64,000 nucleotides of DNA, from assembly GCF_009914755.1 (NCBI RefSeq), contig NC_060939.1, one strand, 5' to 3'. Source of the stretch: the human T2T-CHM13v2.0 reference genome, Homo sapiens. The position numbers were made by a program, and so were the translations under genes. Positions 43,504-60,703 of the stretch are shown here, in pieces (position 1 is the first letter of the stretch; each line of letters starts with the position of its first letter). The notes below the pieces were generated by a model. It did not search any database, had not been told where the DNA came from, and worked only from the letters and a program-made list of their open reading frames with translations.

Positions 43504-45384
43504 TGCAGGTTCTTTCTTGAAGGGAAACACCAGCAGCCGGCAGTGTGCAGCCTCCTGTCTCTCTAAGCACTGTCCTCCACATACAACCCATCTTCCTCCT
43601 CTCTGCTCCTTGCTGGTCAGGGCCGCTCTCCAGCTGTGCTCCCTAGACTCCTGCCTTTCAGGGCCAGCTTTCAGGACCTTGAGGGCAGGGTGCTAGGCAT
43701 AAGCCAGTGATCTTACTAGTGGATTCTGTACGAGGGAAAAGCCTGCACAACCCGAGGGGACCAGAGGAAGCAGAACCGCAGCTCTCCTCACGATCTTGTG
43801 GGGACTTGTGCAAATTAGCACCACTCTTCTGGGTTTCCCATGGCAGAGCCCGGGTAATTTTCCCTAGCGCCTCCAGGGATAGGATCCAAAATGGGAATTT
43901 AGGAGGGGCCATATTTCCCCCAAAGGAATGGCACACAGAGAGCATAGAGCTCTGGTGGTTGTTGAGGGATTTATGTTCCCTCCACCCCGCGTCCCCCAGG
44001 CTCCCAGCACAACTTTACCTCTCAATACTGGTTGGGTCCCAGGAAAGGGAGCTTGAAGAGGGTTTTTTTCCAGAATCTGTCAGGCCTGAGGGTGCTCGGG
44101 AGATAAGGGGGAGGGGCTGGGAGAGGGCTGGGCTGGGACAGTGGAAGAGCTCCTGCATATGCCACGCTGGGCGGCCCCCCTCCCAGCTCCTCCCAGGCAC
44201 GGTGATGCCCATCTGCCATTTTGGAGCGTTTGGGCAGTGCCTGCAGCACACTCTCCCCGGTCCAGATGGTCACCCATCCCTCCCTCCCCGACTATCCCCT
44301 GCCCTCACCCCCAGCCCCACTCAGAGCAAGCACCTGGACAAGCCAACACTGCCTCCCAGCGCCTTCCCCTTCCAGCTAACTGGGGCCCAGCGGGACAGGT
44401 AGAGGGTCCCCGGTTGTCAAGGAAACCAGGCCTGCCCCTCCTCCCTCAATCTTGCTGCAGGGAGGGAGGCAGACAGCTGGGTGGGAGGGTGGAAGATGGA
44501 CAGAGATGCAGATACAAACAGTAGGAAAACATGCAGAGAAACACGCACACACCCAGAGCCTGAGAGAGGGTGGGCAGAGTGTACAGGATTTGTTGTGACT
44601 GTGCTCTGTCTGTTATCGTGTACAGGACTGAAAGAGTGTAGACAAGTATGCAAATATGTGCAGGGCCATGTGCCTGTGTGAGCGGAGCATGTTTCCGTGG
44701 ATCTGAGAGTATGAGGCCATGGTTATCCTGCTAGTGTGCTTGGTGAGCCTGTGTGCGTAGTTGTGCATGGGAATGTCAATGAGTAGTAAAGGGGTGCCTG
44801 TGAGCATGACTGTGAGTGTGTGTTGTGAGTGTGTACACATGCGTATGAATGTGGATGAGTAGGGGGAGGGCTGTAAGTGCCCTGTCCCCCCACTGGCCTT
44901 GTCCCTTCTCTACCCTAAAGGCAGGCCAACTGGGACAAGCTCCTACCCAGTGGGTACTGGGGCCCAGGGACTGAGGAGAAAGGCCTTAATGATGTTGTCC
45001 TCCAGCCACCCCTTCCCATGCCTCCATGGCGTCTGTCAGGGCAGTCCAGTCTGGAAGAAGTGGGCTGGTGAGTCCCCAGGACTACACAGAGGGGTCTTTG
45101 GGTGCTGAGCACTGGGTTGACTATGGGGTGCAGGTGGGAAAGCCTTGAAGGAAAGAGTAAAGGCCCTGGTGCAAAGGCCTGGCTACCCTAGCAATCTTGC
45201 CCTCACCTTCCAGGCAAGATTGTACTGCTCCTTCCCTTCCTCTTCTCCTGAGACTGTAGCTCCCTGCACAAGAGTTATATTTTTCCCTTGAACTGGGAGC
45301 CTCCCTAGGATGGTCCTGATTTTCCTCCCTTACATCAGATGTTCCCAGAGTATAGGGCTCATGTCTTTACATTCTTATTGGAAT

Positions 45385-45537
45385 AGGGTTCTCAGATAAA
45401 ATATGGGTGGCTCAGTTACATTTGAATTTCAGATAAAAACAAATAATTTTTAGTACAAAGGAACCCCAAGTATTGCAGTGGGAAATACATATACAAAAAA
45501 ATTACTCATTGTTTCTTGAAATTCAAATATAACTGGA
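45385..45537. mobile_element. MER53-like hAT MITE
   Basis: tagggttctcagataaaata...cagttacatttgaatttcagataaa, mirrored by gaaattcaaatataactgg. Confidence 0.75.
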
Positions 45538-45551
45538 TCACAGAAAAATCA

Positions 45552-45959
<408 letters not shown>

Positions 45960-46062
45960 TTAGAAGGAAATATAAAGCTATAAATTCTTATAAAGGAAGA
46001 AAGATCTCAAATCAATTACCTCACTCCACACATTAAGGAACTAGAAAAAGAAGAGCAAACTA

Positions 46063-46446
<384 letters not shown>

Positions 46447-46999
46447 TTAAGTGGAGATAAATAGAGAACAGAATAATAATAGAGAAAATCAATGAAAACA
46501 AAAGCTGGTTATTTGAAAAGATCAACAAAAGTGACACACCTTTAGCTAGACTGATTAAGAAAAAGGAGATAAGACTCATATCACTAATGTCAGAAATGAA
46601 ATTGGGGACAATACTACCAACCTTACAGAAAGAAAAAAGATTATAAATGAATAAGAACAATTGTATGCCAAAAAACTAGATGAAATCCGCAAATTCCTAG
46701 AAAGAACTACAAAAACTGACGAAGAAACAGGAAACCTAAACAGCTATAAGAAATAAAGAGATTCAGTAAATAATCAAGAATTCCCAACAAAGAAAGGTCC
46801 AGGACCAGAAGGCTTCACTGGTGAATTCTACCAAACATTTAAAGAAGAATCAAAACCAATTCTTCTCAGATTCTTCCAAAAAAATAGAAGATGAGGGAGC
46901 TTCCTGGCTCATTCTATAAACCCAGCACTACCCTGATACGAAATCCAAACAGACATCACAAGAAAAGGAAACTGTATGCCAATATCTTTTTATAAACAT

Positions 47000-48210
<1,211 letters not shown>

Positions 48211-50054
48211 TCTTTTTATTTAAAAAAATTTTTATTGGCATGCATATATATATGCATATATTCATGTGCATATAGATATATTCAAGTGCATATATATATA
48301 TATTCATGTGGATGTATGTTGCCTGCCCCCTCCCCTAACTCTGACTCATTTCTGCTCCACAGGCCTCTTCTGTGGTTAAGGAGCAAATATATATATTCAT
48401 GTGCATGCCAATAACATTTTTTCAAATAAAAATAAATATATATATATATATTTATAAAGCTCAACAAAACATTTTCTCTGTCTGCATTTCTTTTCCAACA
48501 TTTGTTTTCTTTCTTTTATTGCCAGATTCTGACTGAAAGTTAGTTCATTGTATAGTGGACGGGATGACCCTCACTCCATGTATCAGTTGCTCTAGGAGGG
48601 CCACTGGCTGGGAGAGGTATTTGTCTATAGCCCTAAGGAACCAGGCCTGCCTCATGCTCACGCCTCTCATTCCTTTCTGGAGCCTTCTGTTCTGGATAGA
48701 AATAATACCTGCTCGGGCTTTGCTGGAGCACCTCAGCCTTTGCTGATGGTTCCCCAGTTTCCCCCTCTCCCCTGGGGCCTGGCTGCTTCCTCTGCCATGT
48801 GGTTCCAGGCCCACAGCCAGCAGGGAAGCAGACCAGGGTGAGAGCAGAAGGGAGCCTTGGGGTGTTAATTGGTGCTAACGAATTCCCGCAGCCCCATCTT
48901 TCCTCCACCTCTGTGGAGAGGCAGCTGACAAATGCCATCTTTGCATTTTGCACACTGAAGTCAAGCAGTCCCCTTCCCCATGCCTGCGTGCCCTGCCTGG
49001 ATGAGGAGAAGGGGTTGGGGAGAAAGAGGATCCTTTCTAAGCACTTTTCATGTATTTTGCTCATTTAACCCTCATAACATGGTAGGGTCCTGTTAGAAAC
49101 CCTGTTTTACAGTGGAGATGCAGCTGATGTGTTTTGAGTCCTTACTCTGTGCCAGTTCCCCTGTGAGGTGGCTGCCGTCATTATCCCCATTTGATAGGAG
49201 AGGAAACAGGCCCAGAGAGGCTAAGTAATTCAACCAAATCCACACAGCTAGAGAGTAGGAGAAGCAGGATTTGGACTCAGGCTGGCTGGTTCTAAAGCCT
49301 TATCTTCCCGATCACCACCCAAAATATCCTCTCTGAAGGAACTCCACTTAAAATCGGGTCTCTGAGCCTGTGGGTACCAAATGAGAGGTGCCTGCAGGGA
49401 TGCTGGTTCCTCCCCTTCCCTCCAGCCTCGGGACATGCCTGCTGGGAGTCAGGATACCCGGCGGACTCTTCATGGTCCCAGATGCTTTGCTTGCCTGGGC
49501 TGTTGCCTGTCCCCACACCCCTCACTCTGCCCCATTCCTGCTCCACAGGCCTCCCCTGTGGTTAAGGAGCAAATAAGGCTCCATGAGCCTGACTTCCCTT
49601 CCCTGGCCTGGAATTTGGAGACAAAAAGTCATCCTGGATGGGGAGGGAGCCTGTATATCCAGGCACCCTTGGGGTGAGCCCAGCATGAGACAGGGTTATG
49701 GAGGCCCAGGGATGGCCTCCCTTGGCATTGATTTAGTAGCTCCCAAAGCTACCAAACACAGCGTCATGTGCAACACACACATATACACAACTCGTTGGGG
49801 TTTGCCTTACAGCAGCTCAAGCACCTGAGCTTGCCAGTGAAGAGGCAGCATGTCCAATAAATGACTCAGACTGGCTGATCCCCACTCTCCCACTTGGGTC
49901 TGAGGTTCTCTGTTCTCTGGGTTCTGTGCTTCAGTTTTCTCATCTGTGAAGTGGGTATCATAATAAGACCTATAGCACAGAGTTACTGTAAGAATTAAAT
50001 GAAACAGGGTATACCATGTGCTTAGAAATAGTTCTGTCTCACAGCAAGTCTTTA

Positions 50055-50616
50055 GGGAGCCAAAGATCACCTCCAACCCCCCTTCGGCTCTCAGTGGGCT
50101 CTTTGCCTGGATCTAGAAACCCTGCTGACAACAGTCAGACTAACAAGAGAAAAGCACATAAATTGTATTAGTTTTACATGTACATGGGGATCTCCATAAG
50201 AGAGTGAAGTTCAAAGCGGCCAAAGCAAAAGATGCCTTTATACTTAGACAAAGAAGGATAAGTATGAGAAGAAGTGACAGGACAAAGGGGGTCTGACTAG
50301 GGGCAGTAAATTTCTAGGGAAGTCACCAGGAGATACATGGAGATGTAGAGCTTGTGGAAGATAAGGGTTACTTTGGAGAGTATTTTTATGCAGGTCCATT
50401 GCAACTCCCAATTCTGTCTCTGCTGATAAGAGCTATTTTCTCACCCTGGTATGGAGAGGAACCCCCTCCCAGAGGAATGTGTAGGGCTTGCTGCCTGCAG
50501 GAAGAGACAGGTCAGCTCGCCCTTTCTGAAACTACAGTTTTTCCAATGTTTTCAACTCAAAATAATTAATACACCAATTTGGCGTATTTTCGGAAGGCAT
50601 GCCCTTCACTCCTTCA
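50055..50616 (-). mobile_element. ERV1-class solo LTR (MER34/MER39-like)
   Basis: Reverse strand begins tgaaggagtgaagggcatgccttccgaaaatacgccaaattggtgtattaattattttgagttgaaa. Confidence 0.65.
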
Positions 50617-50644
50617 AAGTCCTGTAGAAATGTTGGCTGTGAAA

Positions 50645-50947
50645 GGCTGGGCACGGTGGCTCATGCCTGTAATCCCAGCACTTTGGGAGGCCAAGGCAGG
50701 TGGATCACGAGGTCAGGAGTTCAAGACTAGCCTGACCAAGATAGTGAAACCCCGTCTCTACTAAAAATATAAAAATTAGTCGGGTTTGGTGGCAGGCGCC
50801 TGTAATCCCAGCTACTTGGGAGCCTGAGGCAGAGTATTGCTTGAACCCAGGAGGCGGAGGTTGCAGTGAGCTGAGATCACTCCACTGCACTCCAGCCTGG
50901 GCAACAGAGTGAGAGTCCATCTCAAAAAGAAAAGAAAAGAAAAGAAA
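50645..50947 (+). mobile_element. AluS (Sg-like)
   Basis: ggatcacgaggtcaggagttcaagac; TSD-like agaaat(g/a)ttggct(g/a)tga. Confidence 0.94.
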
Positions 50948-51604
50948 TATTGGCTATGATCATCATTTGTTATTGTGAGGCCAATCCCCAGTGATCTGGC
51001 AATGGGGCCACCCCCTGGGGTTCCTTGTAGGGTCAACCTGGGAGACACAGGGATAAAGTTGGAGGTTGAGTACAGGCCACTGAGTCTTCCGGAACCTGCT
51101 TTACCACTGACCAGCGGTATGACCCAGGACAAGTTACTTCTCCTCTCTCCCTTCCCTGCACTGCCCCCCACCCCACCCCCATCCCCACAACAATGCTTCA
51201 TTTTCTCATCTGTAAAGTCGGAGCGGTTATAAGGATTAAGTGAGGTAATGTGTATAGAGTGCCTAACACAGTGCCTAGACACAAGTGCTGGCTACCATTT
51301 TCATCATCATTTCCATCATCATCACTATTGCCCTTTACCCTCTGAGAGGTTGTCAGAGGGTAGAGAAGGGAAACAAAGAACAAGTAGTATTATCTTGGTT
51401 TGTAGCTGAGGACGCTGGGACCCCAAAAGTCAAAGTGATTGACCTGAACTCCCACTGTAGATTTCTGGGACATCTGGGATTTAAAAACATAATAGTACCA
51501 ATCCCTTATGTCAATAAACCATCCTACCATTTACAACTTCTTTTTATAGGCATTAGCTCATTTACCGCAGCCTGAGACTTGAGTGATTTTGCCCCCATTT
51601 TTTA

Positions 51605-52725
51605 ATAGATTTTATTTTTTAGAGCAGTTTTAAGTTCACAATAAAATTGAGCAGAAAATACAGCAAGTTGGGAGCTGAACAATGGGAACACATGGACACA
51701 GGGAGGGGAGCAACACACACTGGGGCCTGCCAGCCAGGAAGGGGAAGGAGAGCATCAGGAAGACTAGCTAATGCATACGGGGCTTAATACTTAGGTGATG
51801 GCTTGATAGGTGCAGCAAACCAACATGGTACACGTTTACCTATGTAACAAACCTGCACGTTCTGCACATGTATCCCAGAACCTAAAAGAAAATAAAAATT
51901 TTAAAAAGCACATAAAAAAAAGAAGAAAAATACACTAAGTTCCCATATGCCCCCTGCTTCCACACACACACAATCTCCCCCACTGTCAACATCCCCCACC
52001 AAAGTGGTACATTTGTTACAATCGATGAATCTACATTAGCATGTCATTATCACCCAGAGTCCAGAGTTTACATTAGGGCTCACTGTTGGTGTTGTATATT
52101 CTATGGGTTTTGACACATGTATAATAACATGCATCCACCATCACAGTATCACACAGAGTAGTTTCACTGCCCTAAAAATCCTCTGTGCTCCACCTGTTCA
52201 TCCCTCCCCACTAACCCCTGGCCACCACTGATCTTTTCGCTGTCTCCATAGTTCTGCCTTTTCCACAATGTCATCTAGTTGGAATCATGCAGTCTGTAGC
52301 CTTTGGAGACTGGCTTCTCTCACTTAGTGATATGCATTTAAGGTTCCTCTATGTGTTTTCATGACTTGATAGCTCATTTCTTTTTGACACGGAATAATAT
52401 TGCATTGTCTGGATGTACCACAGTTTATTTATCTGTTCACCTACTGAAGGACATCTTAGTTGTGCCCAAGTTTTGGCAATTCTGAACAAAGCTACTGAAA
52501 ACATCTGTGTGCTGGTTTTCGTGTGGACATAAGATTTCAACTCCTCTGGGTAAACTCCAGGGAGAACGATTGCTGGATCATATGGTAAGAATAGGTTTCG
52601 TTTTGTAAGAAATTGCCACAGGGTCTTCCAAAGTGGCTGTACTGTTGCATTCCTACCAACAATGAATGAGAGTTCCTGTGGCTCCACATCTTCCCCAGCA
52701 TTTGGTGTTGTCAGTGTTTAGAGCT
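51605..52725 (-). mobile_element. L1MA/MB 3' end with nested L1P fragment
   Basis: ttttagagcagttttaagttcaca; gtaccacagtttatttatctgttcacctactgaaggacatctt. Confidence 0.88.
51671..51930 (+). mobile_element. L1PA/PB 3' end
   Basis: ggagctgaacaatgggaacacatggacacaggg...tttacctatgtaacaaacctgcac, A tail; TSD-like aaaataca(gc/ct)aagtt. Confidence 0.9.
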
Positions 52726-53704
52726 TTGCCCCCAATTTGCAGATGAGGAAACCGAGGTGCAGAGAGTGAAAGGCTTGCCCAGGGAGTGGCAGAATTGCCC
52801 TCCCACTCCACCTCCTTCTCACACACATAACCCCTACAGTGCACAGGCTGATGTGTGATCTTTGGCTGAGGAGTCATTGGTCAGTGGGGTCTGTGGCCTT
52901 GGGAAAGTTCTCACCTGCAGAGAGAGGCTACTGTACTCTGGTGGGTCAGCTGGGCAAGAGGCCTTACAGAGGTGATAAGAACAACAGTGCAAACTTGCAG
53001 GGTCCACCATTTCTCTTGCCATATGTAGATGACTAGGTGGCATGGTAGGAAGAGCTAGGCTTGGAGTTGGATACGGGGTTTAATCATAGGTCTGCCACTT
53101 ACTAGCTATGTGACTGCATGTAAGTCATATAGCCTCTTCCAGCCTAAATGAGTGTAACTTCATGGGATCCTCGGAAGGAGCAAGGGAGGCTCTGCATATA
53201 GAGTACTTGCATGTAAACACAGCAGTTGTTTAGAGCTTACACCATCTATCTGCATAAGGACTATTGATCTGTGGTTTTCTTTTCTTGTGATGTCTTCGTC
53301 TGAATTTGGTAATGCTGGCCCCATAGAATGAGTTAGGGGCTACTGTGGATCTTGATCATGAAGTCGTAAGACATCGAAGGAAACTTCCGGGTGGTGACTC
53401 ATAAGCTGGTGCTCTTACACTGAGGCAATATCAGAGGCTAAGATTTTCAGAAAAGCAGTGTGCCCACAAAGTGAGCTGATCAGAGGAACCCCAAATACGA
53501 AAGTTGAAGTGCTTACAAGTTGTCCTTTTGTTCTCTTGTGAAGTACAATGAAGGCTTTGGAAGCTGTGGTCTGTCCCAGTTACACTGAGGGGAATAGTCA
53601 GTGTATTTCCCTTAGGGAAGGAAAGGGTCTGTGTTCAAACAGTCAGAAGACCCCCATGGTGCAGCAGAAAGAGCCGAGGATGGACCCAGGCCCACTACAC
53701 GTAG

Positions 53705-53735
<31 letters not shown>

Positions 53736-53843
53736 GACTGGGTCTCACTGTATTGCCCAGGTTGGTCTCCAACTCCTGGACTCAATCCTCCAGCCTCAGC
53801 CGCCCACAGTGCTGGGATTACAGGCATGAGCCACTGTGCCCAG
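53705..53843 (-). mobile_element. Alu monomer (FLAM/AluJ left arm) with long poly-T
   Basis: Single arm directly after a T28 run. Confidence 0.85.
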
Positions 53844-55457
53844 CTATGTTATTATTCCTAATCTTGAATTCCTATTTTTGATGATGGCAGAAAGCACTTA
53901 ATCAGGATTTTGTTCTTTTGGAAGAAAGTGCGAAGGAAGCAGAGAGGAGGGAATGGATGATTGACATCTAAAAGCCATGCCCCAGGCTGTGGAAGAATTT
54001 GGGATAGTGATCTGGATGGTAAATATCTCTTTAAAGAGCTGCCCAAGCACATTTAAATGAGTTTCTTTGTTAGTTTCTGAGGAATTTCCCTGTAACCTTC
54101 CTTTCCCATCCTGCCCCAGCCACCTGTTCTGTACTCAGTACTCAATATTCAGTACTCAGTACATGTAAATACAGATGCAACCAGCATTAAATACACAGTA
54201 GTAGGGGACATAGGGAACTGCAGAGGCAAGGAGATTCATATTATTTTAATACAAATAGATCCCTAAGAGCCATGGCATTGTGAATAACAGCAGCATTGTC
54301 ATCTTTTTCTCATGGTGGGAGATAAGAAATTAGCCAGGAATGACATTTGACAATAAAGAACACAAAGAGATGGTTCCTGGACCTGAACAAGAAAAGATAA
54401 TTCTTGGACACTGCCAAAGAATCTTCACATGCACAGATTGGAAAATAAACAAATATGTTACTACCTCTTTTCTCCTCATTATTGTAAACCTTCATCAATA
54501 CATCATAATACCTCATATAGGCCAAGAATTTTTAATTACATTTTAAAATCAAATTGTTTATATAGACACAGGTCCCACACACAAAAAACATTCGCCCAAG
54601 GCACTGCACAAGCTGAGTACAGCTGTAACCGGTAACCTGGGAGATAAGCCCTGTTCTTGGGAACAGGAGTTTGAAACATCTTTGATCAAGAAGAGACCCT
54701 GGCAACCAAAGCCTGCTCTTTACAAATATAACGGGCTGAAATGCAGCAATGGCAATGCCTGGAGGTATTTAGCCCCAAGGAGGTGGTAAGGGCTGGGAGC
54801 TCAGTGCAGGGAATGAAATGATGTAACCGGGGTGGTGGTGGTGGGGTCCCCACTGTAATGAGAAGGCTCTCTGCTGATCTCTGAAGGAGAGAACTCCTGA
54901 GGGGGGCAGACACAGAAGAACAGGGATAAGCAGGACCTGGGGGGCACTGCCCAGGACTGGTCTGGCCCAGGGGCATCTGGGAAGGGGCTGTGGGCTGTCA
55001 GTGGATCTCCAAGGCCTTCCTCCCAGTTCCAGAGGCCCCACTCTTGCTCTCCAAATTGAGGAGCAGCTCTTCCAGGAGGCAATCAGGGACTTGCCCTTCC
55101 AGTCACTGGCAGCAGCTGCAGGTTCAGACTTAGAGGGAAGAGTGCAGGAAGTCCAGGATGGTCCCAGGAGCCACTAAATCTGCATAGGATTTTAAATCAA
55201 AGCATGAAATGTCAATGCTACTGTCCCTTGCTGGAGCTGTTTCACGTTACCTGCCGCTTGCCTTGCTTTTGCTCCCTGCCATGCTTGTAACCTCCTTGTC
55301 TTCGGTGGAAAGATCTAAGAAGCCTCTGGCTCAGGCTGAAAATTTGGCTATGTTGTTCAGCTATGTTGCCTGAGAGATGGAAGGTGAAAACAACTCCTTC
55401 ATATCTGTTTTGCATGATTTATCTGACAGGGCACTCACCACACCTTATCATGTAAAT

Positions 55458-55633
55458 CCGTGGTTCTCAAACTGGGGCAGAAGGGGTGTCAGAATACCTC
55501 CTTGCTGCTCACCACCCCCCAGCTCCAGGTTTCTGAATCAATCTGCCTGGTATGGAGCCCCATAATTTGCATTTCAAAAAAGCTCCCAGGTGAAACTGAG
55601 GCTGGTTTGGGGCCCACACTTTGAGAACTGCTG
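55458..55633. mobile_element. MER5A hAT MITE
   Basis: TIRs gtggttctcaaa / tttgagaactgc; aatttgcatttc...ctcccaggtga. Confidence 0.8.
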
Positions 55634-58139
55634 ATTAGGTGTTATCAAAATTTAGATCCTAAACGACTGGAAGGATCTGGAAAATCTGGTTCCAGAAAAG
55701 GCTGGAAATCTGGTTCCCAAGTCCCAGCTGGCTCTATACAAGGGACTGGGCTTCTTTGCCATCATGGCCCCAAGGAGATTCTAGGGGAGCAGCCCTCTGG
55801 GAGGAGGCTGCCCTGGGGTTTCCTCACTGTGCCCAGGTCTGCGGCTCCTTCTCCCTGGTTCATTTCCACACATGCACACACATGCACAGATACATACAGT
55901 CCTACACACTCATTCTCACATTCAGACACACACCCACACACACTTGCAGAGGGGGTCGGGACCAAGAGGCAGCTGCTCAGGTGAGGGCCCCCCAGCCAAG
56001 GATGCAGCCCGTAGAGGCCTCAGACCAGCCTGTGTTCAGGTGGCTCCCTCAGTGATCACCCCTCAGAGGTGAAAGACGACACCCCAGGGCAGGGCCCCCC
56101 AACCCCCAGCATCCCCCATGCCAAAGTCGGCATATGTGCATTGTACAGAGGCCACGGAGAAAAGGCAAGAGAGACAAAGAGAGAAAGAGACTAGCAGTGG
56201 GACAAAGAGAAGAGAGAGACGTCCACAGAGACAGGAGATGGAGACAACCACACAGAGAGATGAGAAGGGCAGGAGGGTGGAAATAAGCAGATCTGGTGGG
56301 GGCAGAGCTGGAGGAGAGACAGGAGGAAGAGCAAAACCATGAAGGTCAAGGGGATGGCAGCAGAGAGGTGCGCCTCTGCCAGGCCAGAGAGCAGGGAAGG
56401 GTTGTGGTGGGTAGAGGGCAGGAAGGGGAAACGGGCATCCCTGAGGAAGTGTGGGGAGGTGCAAAGCATGGAAAGGTGAATGCAGCAGAGAAGCAGGGCA
56501 GGGTGGGAGCTGAGGCATGTGGTGGGGGACAGCGGCTGGGTGACAAAACAGACAGAAAGGGAGAAATGGGAGACCCACATACAGAGAAGGAGAGACCCGA
56601 AGCTGACTGAGCACAGCACTATGTGCTGGAATTACTAAGTGAAAGAGCCAGTCCCCGTCCTCAAGCCGGGGATGCTTCATTCTCCAGGAGCTTGTCAAAT
56701 ACACAAACAGAAAATGTTAAAACCATCCACAGGAGCAGAGAAAACGAGGCTCAGGGAGTTGTGGAAAGCAGCACAGAGGCTGTGCAGCTAGACCATTCCA
56801 ATCACAGTCTAGGAAGGCTTTCTGGAGGAGGCGATACCTAAGGAAAGACTGAAGAAGGGTCAGCTAGGTGCTGACGGGGAGAGAAGGGCCAGGTTATGGT
56901 GAGATGGGAAGCCTGGGGGATGGGGGCAGGTCTTGGAGGACCCTGTTGGACTTCAACCTGAGGACACCAGGGAGCCCCTGATGGGGTTCAAGCAGCCAGA
57001 TCTGTGTGTGCAAGAGCTGCTGGGGGAGAACAGACTGAGTTGCACAAGAGAGCAGGCAAGAGGGCAAGTCCGAGTGGCCCAGCAAGGGAAAATGCTGAGC
57101 TAGGGCAGTCGCTGTGCTGACAGAGAGGTGGGAGGGAACTTGAGAGCTGCAGGAGCTTGGAAGCCTGATGAGCTGAGGGGGCCAGCATGTGGGCATGCCG
57201 CCTGGGGTGGCATAAGCGAGGCAGGCAGCAAGGGGTGGAGGAGCATCTCCCTCTTAGGGGCTCTACAGCTTTGGGAATCTCCCTGTGGCCTCTGCCACAA
57301 TGCAGCACCCACTCACCCATGGTCTGGGATGGGTGCCCACAGCTGCAGGTAATCCTAAAAGACTGCAAGCCCAAGCCCTCCTCACTCTGTAGAGTAGCAC
57401 TCGGTACAGGGCCTGGGCAGATGCTGGGCAAAGAAGCACATTAGGCAGGGCAGAGCCTCACACCGAGAGGTCCTCATTCCTTGCTATAGGGACCTGGACT
57501 TGAATCAGGAGGTTATTAAGGTTGAAGATAAAGGTGCCCATCACAGCCTTATTGATCAGCGAGGCAGTTATCCAGCATCTCCCAAGTGTCAGCCTTGTGA
57601 TTTTAAAAAAGAGAAACAACATAATTAGAGCCCATAAAGAGACAGAAGCAAATATATTTCATTATGATTATAATACAGGGTGAATCAGGCGACCATGGAT
57701 ACAGCGCCAGGAGAGCTACATGCAGAGCTGACACTTGAGCTGGGCTTTGAAAGATGAATAGGAGTTCGCCATGCTGAGAAAGAGGGCTAGGGCCCCAGAG
57801 GCCCAGGAAAGAGCATGGCCTAAAGCATTGAGGCATGAAAGTGTCTAGAAGAGACCAGAACTAATACTGCAACGTCTTATTTACCCCACAATGTGTACCG
57901 TATCCCCTCAGGCTACCCCACCTCTGAGCTCACCTGCAGCTTAGAGCATCTGAAAGAGCCCAGACTTGAGCTGACAGCATCCCACCTCCATAAGAACCAG
58001 GGACTTTTTACTTTCTGCCCCAGGACATTCTCTGAAGCTGAGAGGCCTGCTCTGCCCTCCCAAAAGCATAGCCCTGAAGTGCAAGAAGGTAATGCCCTCG
58101 GGTCAGCCCTCAAACAATGGGGAAGAGGAGGGTGGATAA

Positions 58140-58551
<412 letters not shown>

Positions 58552-58791
58552 GTGAGAATACACCTTTATACTGGTGTATTCACCTTTGCTCCTTCTCAAC
58601 CGCAGTACTCCCCACCTCCACTGCCCCAATCTTCCACTCCTGTGATCACCTTCCAATTAAATCACCTGCATCCAACACCTCTCTCAGGCTTTGCTTTGGA
58701 GGAAACCCAAACTAAGATGGGCTATGTTACTGGAGACCCAGGATGAGTAGTGTTGTGGTGTTAACAATCGCACATATAAAATGCATGTATT

Positions 58792-59114
<323 letters not shown>

Positions 59115-60363
59115 ATGCATGTATTTCTCAGTATCTCCTACATGCAGAGGCCGTGACTGGGCACAAGGGGATGTGGCATTGTCTGAGTTTGCCCTTGCTT
59201 TTCTAGACCTCCCTTCTGCCTGGGGAGATGTGACAGAAGAGGTGAGCCAGCAGCACAGGAGGGATCAGAAACATTTTCCTTCTGCCTTTGGAGAACATCA
59301 CATGGGTTGGGGGCAGCAGATTGATGTTCCTAATTACATTTGGCTCAAGCTGCTATTAAGTACTTGTCTCATTCTCAGAGCCCACAACAACGGCGGATGG
59401 CGGGAAAGGTGCCAAGAGGCATGCTGGGAGCTCAGGATGACAATCTGGGATTTGAAATCTCTGTAAGATATAAAAGTGGACAGACAAGTCACAGCCATGG
59501 GTGCAGGGTGACTGGTGTCCTTGAGTTGCCCTTTAAAGGTTTCCGATGGGGTCCTAGGGCTGGAAGGGCCCTGGAAAGGTCTTGAGCTCCATCCTTCTGG
59601 CTAGAGGCTGACCTGCCCAAGACAGCTGAGACAGGGAATCTGACTCTTCCAATGCTGGACAGCTCGCTGGTGGGAAATGCTTTCATGGGCCTAATTTAAA
59701 TTTCCTCTGCTGCAGGTTAAAGGTATATTTTGCTTGATTTGTTCTTGGTGGCATTAAATATTTGCTAAGCTCCTACTATGTGCCCAGGGGTACACAGTGA
59801 GAGAAGGCATGCCTCTGTGCTCAGAGGCTCATGAAAATGAGACCAGACCCTCAGAACTAAATGCAACAGGGAGAGCCATTGGGCTGGAGTTGTCAGGAGA
59901 GGTGGCAAGGAGGTGGTGCCGTGAGAGGTGGGATGCGTTTGAGTTAGTGCAGAAGAATAAGAGAGCATTCCTGGCAGGCAAGCAACGTGGGAAGATGCCT
60001 TAGGAAGGGTTTTGCACAGAGGAGACGCCTGAGGTCTGCAGCACATCTGCTACCCAAGAGATTTAGTAAGTCCCTGGAACTCCCCTGGGGAACGAATAGC
60101 TGCCTACCTATGTCCTAAGACACCTGTGAAACTCAAATAAGGCAGCAAGTAGGAATGGACCCTGGAGTTCACGGATTCAAAGCACAATGCTGAGCTTGAT
60201 TTAAGAAGACTTTCATTCAAGTCCTCGCTCTGTCACTGTGTGCTCTTGGGCAATTCCCTTCCCTTCTCTAAATCCGTTTACTCATCAGCAAAATGGGGAC
60301 GGTAATTCTTTCCTCACACTGTTGCATTTAGGACTCCCAAGAAAATGTGGTTAAAAATGGCAG

Positions 60364-60703
<340 letters not shown>

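Noticed and set aside
55860-56620. CA-rich then GA-rich tract with a 213-aa minus-strand ORF
   Set aside because: Low-complexity sequence; no coding signature.
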